From Ignavibacteriaceae bacterium (GTDB lineage Bacteria; Bacteroidota; Ignavibacteria; Ignavibacteriales; Ignavibacteriaceae), in the NCBI GenBank assembly GCA_963662605.1, contig OY759785.1:1725721-1789720 (forward strand): a DNA stretch of 64,000 nt. Direction: 5' to 3'. The notes beneath the pieces were generated by a model. That model saw only the letters and a program-made list of their open reading frames with translations. It did no database searches and was not told where the DNA came from. This document shows positions 29,904-38,147 of the stretch, piece after piece. Both the position numbers and the translations under genes were made by a program. How positions within the stretch are numbered: position 1 is the stretch's first letter; each line of letters starts with the position of its first letter.

Positions 29904-31184
29904 ATGAAGATAGATATTATAATGCCGAAGATGGGCGAGAGTATTACCGAAGGCACTATTATTAAGTGGCATAAAAAACCCGGTGATGCCGTTAAAAAAG
30001 ATGAAATAATCTTTGAGATCAGTACCGATAAAGTTGATACTGAGGTCCCGGCTCCGGCTGAAGGATATATCACGGAAATTCTTTATCAGGAACAGGAAAC
30101 TGTGGAAGTCGGCGTTGTAGTAGCCCGCATGTCTTCGTCGCAGGAGGATTACACTCCGGATAAAAGCGATGAAGAATCAATTGTTGACGAAGGCTCTATG
30201 CACGATATCGTGGCTAAACATGCGGCTGAACAGCAGGAACCGATTCATGTTGCAGACAAAAAGAAGGACTCCGGCAAAGGTCACAGAGCTTTGAAGTTTT
30301 TCTCCCCACTTGTCCTGAGCATTGCGCAGAAAGAAAAAGTAACGATGGATGAACTCAATAAAATTGAGGGAACAGGCATTGGCGGCAGAGTTACGAAGAA
30401 AGATATTCTTACCTTTGTTGAATTGAGAGACGAATCAGCAGGAGAGGAAGCTTCCGAAAAACCTTCTGCACAGGGTTCCATTGATAGAATTCCGATGGAC
30501 AATCTGCGCCAGCTTATTATGAAGCACATGATAAACAGCCGTGACACTTCGGTACACGTTTCTGAAGTTGTTGAGGTTGATATGACTCGCATTGCGAAAA
30601 TTATAAAAGCAAAAAAATCCTTTGTCCATAAAAAAGACGAAGTAAAGCTAACGTATATGGCTTTTATTTCATACGCTGTAGTTAAAGCTCTGCGTGAATT
30701 TCCTTTGCTCAATTCTTCAATTGAAGACAAGGAAATATTGAAAAAGAATTTTATAAATCTTGGCATAGCGGTAGCACTTGAGCCGGACGGGCTTATTGTG
30801 CCGAACATAAAGAATGCTCAGGATAAAAACTTAATAGGACTTGCAAAATCAATCAGCGATGTGGCGGAAAAAGCCCGTTCGAAGAAGTTAGTGCCCGATG
30901 ATATTTCGGGAGGTACATTTACTATAACGAACTTTGGCGTTTTCGGTACACTTCATGGTACCCCCATAATTAACCAGCCCGAAGTAGCCATACTTGGTGT
31001 TGGGGCAGTTGTTAAAAGGCCGGTAGTGATCGAAACAGGGGAAATGGATAGTATCGCAATCAAATCAATGATGTATCTGACGTTGTCGCATGACCATCGG
31101 ATCATTGACGGATTGCAAGGTGGTAGATTTCTGAGCACAGTAAAACAGATTCTCGAAAACTTTTCTGAAAATCTATTGCTGTAA
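29904..31184 (+). CDS. Dihydrolipoamide acyltransferase (E2 component)
   Basis: Lipoyl domain MPKMGESITEGTIIKWHKKPGD...EISTDKVDTEVPAP and a PSBD-like segment SPLVLSIAQKEKV...GTGIGGRVTKKDI. The catalytic motif is LSHDHRIIDG. Confidence 0.9.
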   Translation: MKIDIIMPKMGESITEGTIIKWHKKPGDAVKKDEIIFEISTDKVDTEVPAPAEGYITEILYQEQETVEVGVVVARMSSSQEDYTPDKSDEESIVDEGSMHDIVAKHAAEQQEPIHVADKKKDSGKGHRALKFFSPLVLSIAQKEKVTMDELNKIEGTGIGGRVTKKDILTFVELRDESAGEEASEKPSAQGSIDRIPMDNLRQLIMKHMINSRDTSVHVSEVVEVDMTRIAKIIKAKKSFVHKKDEVKLTYMAFISYAVVKALREFPLLNSSIEDKEILKKNFINLGIAVALEPDGLIVPNIKNAQDKNLIGLAKSISDVAEKARSKKLVPDDISGGTFTITNFGVFGTLHGTPIINQPEVAILGVGAVVKRPVVIETGEMDSIAIKSMMYLTLSHDHRIIDGLQGGRFLSTVKQILENFSENLLL

Positions 31185-31225
31185 TAGAAAATCGTCGTAT
31201 ATTAACAGGTTAAATCTTATAGAAA

Positions 31226-32131
31226 ATGATCAATTTACATCAAAGAAAATATAAAGAGCAGCTCGAAAAAGACGGAATTGTTGCCGTAAAGCGTCCCGAA
31301 TGGCTTAAAGTGCGTCTTCCTGCCGGAGAAAACTTCTCTGATGTTAAAAAATTGATGCGGAATCAAAAACTTAATACAGTTTGCGAAGAAGCCCGCTGCC
31401 CGAATATCGGCGAATGCTGGAACAGAAGGACGGCGACTTTCATGATTCTTGGTGAGATTTGCACGAGAACCTGTGGTTTTTGCAACATTAAGACCGGGAT
31501 GCCCTCAGCTCTGGATTTGGACGAGCCTCGCCGTGTGGCGGAATCGGTGGAGTCTTTAGGACTGAAACATGTTGTGATTACCTCGGTAAACAGAGACGAA
31601 TTGAAAGATGGAGGTGCCTCCATTTTCGCTGAGTCTATAAAAAGAATACGTGCTGCGGTTCCTGATTGTACGATTGAGATACTTATTCCTGATTTCAAAG
31701 GCGAAATTGGTGCATTCGAAATAATTATGCAGAATCCGCCGAATGTTTTGAACCATAATCTTGAGACCGTTGGCCGGCTATATCATGCCGTTCGACCGCA
31801 GGCAAAGTACAGGAGAAGTCTTGACCTGCTGAACTGGTTCAAAGACCGTGGTTTGACAACAAAAAGCGGTATTATGGTAGGAATAGGTGAGCAGCCCGAA
31901 GAAATTCTATCCCTTATGGATGATCTTCGTTCAGTAGATTGTAAGATAATGACCATAGGGCAATATTTGCAGCCGACAAAAGAACATCTGCCGGTTTCAA
32001 GATTTGTATCGCCCGAAGAGTTTCTGATGTATAAGAAAGTCGGCTTGGAAAAGGGATTTACGATTGTAGAATCCTCGCCTTTGGTAAGAAGTTCTTACCA
32101 TGCAGATGAGCAGGCAAAATTAATTTTTTAG
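31226..32131 (+). CDS. lipA: Lipoyl synthase
   Basis: [13 protein letters not shown] and the radical-SAM motif [10 protein letters not shown], with a C-terminal RSSYHA. Confidence 0.95.
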   Translation: MINLHQRKYKEQLEKDGIVAVKRPEWLKVRLPAGENFSDVKKLMRNQKLNTVCEEARCPNIGECWNRRTATFMILGEICTRTCGFCNIKTGMPSALDLDEPRRVAESVESLGLKHVVITSVNRDELKDGGASIFAESIKRIRAAVPDCTIEILIPDFKGEIGAFEIIMQNPPNVLNHNLETVGRLYHAVRPQAKYRRSLDLLNWFKDRGLTTKSGIMVGIGEQPEEILSLMDDLRSVDCKIMTIGQYLQPTKEHLPVSRFVSPEEFLMYKKVGLEKGFTIVESSPLVRSSYHADEQAKLIF

Positions 32132-32245
32132 TAACAATCTCAGCAAGTTTTATTTAAAAAAACTTTCTTATTTTGTTATCTGAGAAATTCCATTTATCTT
32201 ATATACCCTTAAATTGAAATTATTAATCATATTTAGTTGTTTTTA

Positions 32246-34348
32246 ATGAAAAACAGATCACTACTAGCAGCCTTAGCAATATCATTCATATTTGCTTCTG
32301 TCTCCGTGTTCGCACAGGGACTATCCAAAATCCAAAAAGACGATAATTCAAACTATACCAGCGTTGGAGAAATCCGAATGACAGTTTCGAATTTCGGCGT
32401 TTATGGAAACGGGCTTAGAAATCTCACCCAATCAAATCATCAGCCTTCCTGCGAATACCCTTCCGGCAGTGGCATTGAACATATCTATGTCGGCGGTTTG
32501 TGGATTGGAGGATTTCTAAAAGACAGTCCAACTTCTCAATCCAAATTAGGTCCTTATGTGACAACCGCCGCGATTGATGCAAGTTCTCTTTCTTCCGGAA
32601 GAAACGCCGGATTTGAGTTTACGAATGCCGATTCAAGCACAGTCCAGCAGTTTTCTTCGCTGCCTGATTCAAAATTTTATAAAGAGGGAAGTATATCGCA
32701 TCAAGATTATAAGCTTGATTTTAGCGATACGAGCAAGAAGTATTCGGATGGTTCTGTGATCAGTGACCATACTTCGTTGGGATTATCTATCCACCATGAA
32801 ACCTATTGCTGGGATTATTCGTTTGCGAATTTTTTCGTTATAATGAATTATACTATTAAAAACATTAATCCTAAGCAGTATATTGATAGTGTATACGTTG
32901 GTTTGTGGACGGACGCAGTTGTTCGTAATACAAAAATCACAACCTCAACTAATACTGCGTTCTTTTCACATGGCGGGGATGGATTTGCGGATACATTACA
33001 AATGGCTTATGAATATGATGCTGATGGAGATGTAGGCTACACAGATAGTTATATTGGCATTCAATATTTAGGCTCAACACCTGAAGCAAAAACTGACCAA
33101 ATTATTCCTCTTACTAATTTTAATTCTTGGTCACACAATGGCACAGATGCGAATTTTTTCACTCCCACAACCGATATTCAACGGTACGTTAAAATGCAGG
33201 GATTTTTCGGGGGGAGTAATAGATATAATTCTGGTATCAACCCCGCGGATTTAAAAACCCCGTCAAATAGATCAATATTGTTAACTCACGGTTATTACAG
33301 TAACATTGCTCCTGGTGATTCCATTAATGTTGTTTTCGCTATTGTTTGCGCGAAAAAAACTGGTAATGATCCAGCCAAGGATGATACTTGGGATCAACGC
33401 AAAACTTTTTATAGCAATGCCGATTGGGCATTACGTGCATATTATGGAAATGATCGCAACCGAGATGGTATTATTCAGCCCGATGAAGATATTAATCATG
33501 ATGGGAAAATTCAACGTTATGTTCTTCCCGCTCCGCCCGCTTCGCCAAAAGTGCACGCTGCTGTGGAGAGTAATAAAGTTACAATTTACTGGGATAAAAT
33601 TAGATCCGAAACATCACAAGATCCTATTTCCGGACTTCGTGATTTTGCCGGGTATCGGGTTTATCGTACAAACGCCGGTTTCGATTTTGATTTGACTCAA
33701 AGCAACACATCTGCTTTAGTTTTACTGACTCAAGTTGATTCAGCAGGCGTAAATGGCTTTAACAATGGATTTAAATCGGTTGAGATGAATGCTCCTGTTA
33801 CATTTGCAGGAGATACGACACACTACTGGTATAAATTAGAAGTCCCTAACCTGCTTAATGGTTGGCAATACCTATTCACAGTAACTGCCTTCGATAAAGG
33901 CGATGTTGCTAACAATGTAGAATCGCTTGAATCAAGTAAGTTATCGAATATTCTAAGAGTTGTCCCGGGAACAGTGGCTCAGGAACAAACAGCCGGGAAA
34001 ATCGGCGTTTATCCCAACCCATATTACGGCAGTGCAGTCTGGGATGGTAGTTCTGAGCGTTTACGTAAAATATATTTCTATAATCTTCCTGCGGAATGTG
34101 ATGTAACGATTTACACACTTGCGGGTGATATCGTAAAAAAATTCCATCATGACAAATCAAGCAATGGCTCTGAAATGCGTTGGTTTACTTCTTATGCTGA
34201 TGGGAAACAGCAGTTCGCCGGTGGTGAACATGCTTGGGACTTGTTAACCGATAGAGATCAGGCAATTGCTACCGGATTATATCTCTTTACGGTTAAAAGC
34301 GCAAAAGATGGTTCGATTCAAACTGGAAAATTCTTAATTGTTAAATAA
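32246..34348 (+). CDS. Secreted protein of unknown function with FN3-like segment, Ca-binding-like DxDxDG loop and T9SS-like C-terminal domain
   Basis: Signal peptide ending SVFAQG, DRNRDGIIQPDEDINHDGKIQ, and a C-terminus IGVYPNPYY...TIYTLAGDIV...GLYLFTVKS...GKFLIVK. I prefer the ATG at 32246 over the TTG at 32237. Confidence 0.6.
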   Translation: MKNRSLLAALAISFIFASVSVFAQGLSKIQKDDNSNYTSVGEIRMTVSNFGVYGNGLRNLTQSNHQPSCEYPSGSGIEHIYVGGLWIGGFLKDSPTSQSKLGPYVTTAAIDASSLSSGRNAGFEFTNADSSTVQQFSSLPDSKFYKEGSISHQDYKLDFSDTSKKYSDGSVISDHTSLGLSIHHETYCWDYSFANFFVIMNYTIKNINPKQYIDSVYVGLWTDAVVRNTKITTSTNTAFFSHGGDGFADTLQMAYEYDADGDVGYTDSYIGIQYLGSTPEAKTDQIIPLTNFNSWSHNGTDANFFTPTTDIQRYVKMQGFFGGSNRYNSGINPADLKTPSNRSILLTHGYYSNIAPGDSINVVFAIVCAKKTGNDPAKDDTWDQRKTFYSNADWALRAYYGNDRNRDGIIQPDEDINHDGKIQRYVLPAPPASPKVHAAVESNKVTIYWDKIRSETSQDPISGLRDFAGYRVYRTNAGFDFDLTQSNTSALVLLTQVDSAGVNGFNNGFKSVEMNAPVTFAGDTTHYWYKLEVPNLLNGWQYLFTVTAFDKGDVANNVESLESSKLSNILRVVPGTVAQEQTAGKIGVYPNPYYGSAVWDGSSERLRKIYFYNLPAECDVTIYTLAGDIVKKFHHDKSSNGSEMRWFTSYADGKQQFAGGEHAWDLLTDRDQAIATGLYLFTVKSAKDGSIQTGKFLIVK

Positions 34349-34360
34349 ATAGGTGCAAAT

Positions 34361-36535
34361 ATGAAAAAAACAGCGTTTCTGTTGCTTTTATTAGCTTTTG
34401 CGGCGAATTTTTCGTTCGCCCAATCAAGTAAATATCCGCTGGTTACGGTGCAGCAAATTATGGGATTTGCTGATTCAACTCACGCATTGTATCCTTCTCC
34501 GTTGGTAGGCGATACAGTAAGAGTTCAGGGCATTGTCCTTGTTCGACCGACTGTAGCAGCTATCGGTGATCGTCGGCCTATCTTATATGTAGGCTCACGT
34601 TGGAGTACATATATTCAAACCGCCGATTATGAACCATGGGGCGGATTGAATGTTATTACGAATGATACAGTAGCTTCAGCAGCTACTTTGTTCAGCGAAG
34701 TTTGTGATACGGCTACGGTATGCGAATTTACTGGCGTTGTTACAACTTATTCACCTAACACAGAACTTATTCTTGTTCCAAACATCCCTGTTGAGCCTAT
34801 TGAAAATATCGGACACCGTGCTGCTCCAATTCCAATTACATTGGAAGACTTGTGGACATCTCCGGGCACTACACCGAATTATAAATGGCAAAAATACCAT
34901 GGGATGTATGTTCAGTTAACAGCTGACGTAAGCCATACCTTGATTACTTCGGAAAGATTTGTTACGGGTGGTTCATCTTCTTCATATGGTAGATTTAAAA
35001 TCAGCGATCAAAGTGGCAACTATGCAATTATGTATCCTGCTTCAGCATACTTTAAATACACTTCTTCGATGAGTTTGACTCCGGGTGGTTATCAACCGCC
35101 GGCGGATGGATCATATATTTCATATATCCGCGGTCTTCTCATTTGGTACGGATCGTATTATGAAATTGAACCTATTTATCCCGGTGACGTTGGACCGACT
35201 CTTATTTCACCACCATCAATTAGCAGTGTGAAAAGAGATGCATTGTTGGTTAATAAAAATCAAGCTGTAACAGTATCCGCAACTATTAAAGCGACTTCTG
35301 CTCCTGTAGTCGATGCGAAAGTTCACTTTACGATTAACAGTGTAGAAGATTCAGTCTCAATGACCCGTAGTCTATCTGATACAACTATTTATAGTGCCGT
35401 TATTCCCGGTTGTACATCCGATTCATCTTTTGTTTCGTTTTATATAAAAGCTGTGGACGCAAATACGTTATCTGTCACAAATCCGGCGAATATAAAAACC
35501 AGTCAGTTTTCTTATTTCGCTATAACTAAACCACTTCAAATTCAGCACGTTAGATATAGCCCATTCGGAAGCGGGTATAGCGGATATACCGCAAGCAGTG
35601 TTGTAAGCGGAGTTTCACCAACAATTTCTTTAACAGGTACTGTTATTAGTGATACTTCTGATGTTCCTGGCCATGGTACAAGTAACCCTTCTAGAGTGTA
35701 TATGCAGAATGGCAGCGGAGCTTGGAGTGGTATTTTGGTCGGCGTCGGTGGTGCTGCCGGTACTGATGTACTGAAATTAAAACGTGGTGATAACATAACG
35801 GTTACGGGTAATATTTATATGTCCTCAATGGGAACAAAAATTGATACCCTTACATCAATTGTCGTAAATTCTTCCGGCAATGCAATGCCAACACCTACAG
35901 TTCTGACTACAGGTTCTTGCGGCACTTCAATGCTTGGATTAGTAACAGGTGAACCTTACAACGGAACTTTGGTAACGTATCAAAATATTTCGGTTGATAA
36001 TGCAAATCCTGATGGCCCACTGTATAATTACGGTGAGCAATATGTCACAGACGGTTCTACCCATACGAGAATAGCTTGGTCCGATGGTGGAACAACATAT
36101 TACAGCGATACCACTGCCCCTAAATCTACACGCGTTCTTTTAGGTGATAAATTCACTGCATTAACCGGTGTTTTAGGCTACACGCATAATTACTATAAAC
36201 TTTGTGCAAGAAAGAACGATGATGTTGTCGGATATTCAACCGATATTCGCAAAGAAAATGGTTTGCTTGCTAAAAATTATGCACTGAATCAAAATTTCCC
36301 GAATCCGTTTAACCCGTCAACGACGATCAGTTATTCTATTCCTTCAACCGGAATGGTAACTTTGAAGGTTTATGACGTACTTGGACGCGAAGTTTCAACT
36401 CTGGTTAACCAGGTTCAAGCAAACGGAAATTATAGAGTATCGTTTAATGCGTCTTCATTACCGAGCGGTATTTATTTCTACAGTTTGAACTCAAATAATT
36501 TCTCTCAAGTTAAGAAAATGATTCTTATAAAGTAA
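34361..36535 (+). CDS. Secreted protein with repeated OB-fold-like modules and T9SS C-terminal sorting domain
   Basis: Signal peptide ending FSFAQS. The N-terminus reads VTVQQIMG...VGDTVRVQGIVLV, with a second LQIQHVRY...GTVISDTS module. The C-terminus is NFPNPFNPSTTISYSIP...GIYFYSL...KKMILIK. Confidence 0.75.
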   Translation: MKKTAFLLLLLAFAANFSFAQSSKYPLVTVQQIMGFADSTHALYPSPLVGDTVRVQGIVLVRPTVAAIGDRRPILYVGSRWSTYIQTADYEPWGGLNVITNDTVASAATLFSEVCDTATVCEFTGVVTTYSPNTELILVPNIPVEPIENIGHRAAPIPITLEDLWTSPGTTPNYKWQKYHGMYVQLTADVSHTLITSERFVTGGSSSSYGRFKISDQSGNYAIMYPASAYFKYTSSMSLTPGGYQPPADGSYISYIRGLLIWYGSYYEIEPIYPGDVGPTLISPPSISSVKRDALLVNKNQAVTVSATIKATSAPVVDAKVHFTINSVEDSVSMTRSLSDTTIYSAVIPGCTSDSSFVSFYIKAVDANTLSVTNPANIKTSQFSYFAITKPLQIQHVRYSPFGSGYSGYTASSVVSGVSPTISLTGTVISDTSDVPGHGTSNPSRVYMQNGSGAWSGILVGVGGAAGTDVLKLKRGDNITVTGNIYMSSMGTKIDTLTSIVVNSSGNAMPTPTVLTTGSCGTSMLGLVTGEPYNGTLVTYQNISVDNANPDGPLYNYGEQYVTDGSTHTRIAWSDGGTTYYSDTTAPKSTRVLLGDKFTALTGVLGYTHNYYKLCARKNDDVVGYSTDIRKENGLLAKNYALNQNFPNPFNPSTTISYSIPSTGMVTLKVYDVLGREVSTLVNQVQANGNYRVSFNASSLPSGIYFYSLNSNNFSQVKKMILIK

Positions 36536-36546
36536 TTATTATATGA

Positions 36547-36587
36547 AGGTGCTGATATAAACGTTATATCAGCACCTGTATTTTTTT
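36547..36587 (+). terminator. Strong rho-independent terminator splitting the 32-45 kb block into two units
   Basis: AGGTGCTGATATAA-CG-TTATATCAGCACCT followed by GTATTTTTTT. Confidence 0.85.
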
Positions 36588-36605
36588 ATTTTAAGTGATA
36601 AATTC

Positions 36606-38147
36606 ATGATAAACAAAATTGCTCTTCTTGTATTTTCGGTGATCTTAGTTTTCCTTGCAATATCTTGCAGGGATTCTATTACGGATAATCCATTAGGAAA
36701 CAAGGCACCGACAACAAAAATATTTTTAGACTCAGCTTATGCCGTTAGTAAGCAGAAAAGTAAAATTGATATTCACTGGATTGGCGATGATCCCGATGGT
36801 TTGGTAATAGGGTATTATTTATCCTGGGATGGTACTAACTGGACATTTACAACTAAAAACGATAGTGTATTCGCATTACGTATTGGTGCAAATGATTCAT
36901 CGTATGTATTTCGCGTTGCTGCTGTTGATAATCACGGAAATGGTTTCTATGACGCAGATGTTTACCAAAATGGTATTCATTTTGGATCAGAACCATATAC
37001 GGATGTAAATAACAACAAAAAATACGATGCGGGTGAACCATTCACGGATATTGGACTCATAGATCCTCATCCGGCATCAATGCCGCTACCTATCACCAAC
37101 ACAGCACCAACTATTGCTTGGTTCGCGCATACAACTGTTCCGGATTCTAGCTTACCGGTAATGACGTTTCGCTGGGTTGTTGATGATTTGGATGGTGAAA
37201 CGACTGTTGATAGTATAAGAATTGCGCTAAATGATACAACAAATTTTGTGTCTATTCCGGGTAGTATACGAAGCGTTACTATTTTTGGATTTGATTTTAG
37301 CAGTAATACGCCTAAACTGAAGATATTCACCGAAGGTAACGCGAGCAACGTGCTTTCCTCGCTTTTACCAGGCATAAAATTAAATGATGATAATACTTTT
37401 TATATTCAGGCAGTGGATATCGCCAGTGCTAAGTCGCCATGGATTTCATCGAAATCCATCTCGAAGTCAGGTAAATGGTATGTTAAAAAGCCGCAAGGAA
37501 AGATTCTTCTGATTGACGATTACGTGAATTCCGACGATGCTACTGCAACAAGTTTTTACAGTAGCGCTTTGAGCAGTATTAACGCATCATTTGATGTTTA
37601 CAATATTCGAACGAATGATACTATACCATACATGAATGCAAATTTCCTGCAAACTTTAAAACTATATGGATGTGTGCTTTGGTATACGGATTACAGTACT
37701 CCTTCTTTAGATTTAGCTCAGGCTACAGTAAATCAGTATCTGAATGCTCATGGTAAAATTGCGTTTTCGATGCAGTTCCCCATTAATTTAACCAATGCAG
37801 ATTTATTGGGACAATTAGTTGACTTCTTGCCGATTCTTAAGGACACTTCATATGTTAGAACCTCTGTATTGAAGAACACTAAAGTTACTTCAGCAAATGA
37901 TGCCAGCTATCCTGATTTAACTGTATCGAGCCCAGTTTATAGGCCACGTGCATTTAATATACAGCCGGTTGGAGCAACTTCAATCTACACATTCCCGAAC
38001 AAAGAATTGCTTGGAACAATCGGTTTTAAAAACTCAGATAATTCATTGTTCTTTATCGGTTTGCCGCTCCATTTAATGAATGGTTCAGGAACGGTCCCGG
38101 CTTTACTGAAAAAAGTATTTACAGATTTTAATATTAGTTTACCATGA
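36606..38147 (+). CDS. Lipoprotein of unknown function (repeated W.G.D.DG modules)
   Basis: Lipobox LAISC. Repeats IHWIGDDPDGLVIGYYLSWDG and FRWVVDDLDGETTVDSI. The stop overlaps the TBDR start (ATGA, 38144-38147). Confidence 0.6.
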   Translation: MINKIALLVFSVILVFLAISCRDSITDNPLGNKAPTTKIFLDSAYAVSKQKSKIDIHWIGDDPDGLVIGYYLSWDGTNWTFTTKNDSVFALRIGANDSSYVFRVAAVDNHGNGFYDADVYQNGIHFGSEPYTDVNNNKKYDAGEPFTDIGLIDPHPASMPLPITNTAPTIAWFAHTTVPDSSLPVMTFRWVVDDLDGETTVDSIRIALNDTTNFVSIPGSIRSVTIFGFDFSSNTPKLKIFTEGNASNVLSSLLPGIKLNDDNTFYIQAVDIASAKSPWISSKSISKSGKWYVKKPQGKILLIDDYVNSDDATATSFYSSALSSINASFDVYNIRTNDTIPYMNANFLQTLKLYGCVLWYTDYSTPSLDLAQATVNQYLNAHGKIAFSMQFPINLTNADLLGQLVDFLPILKDTSYVRTSVLKNTKVTSANDASYPDLTVSSPVYRPRAFNIQPVGATSIYTFPNKELLGTIGFKNSDNSLFFIGLPLHLMNGSGTVPALLKKVFTDFNISLP

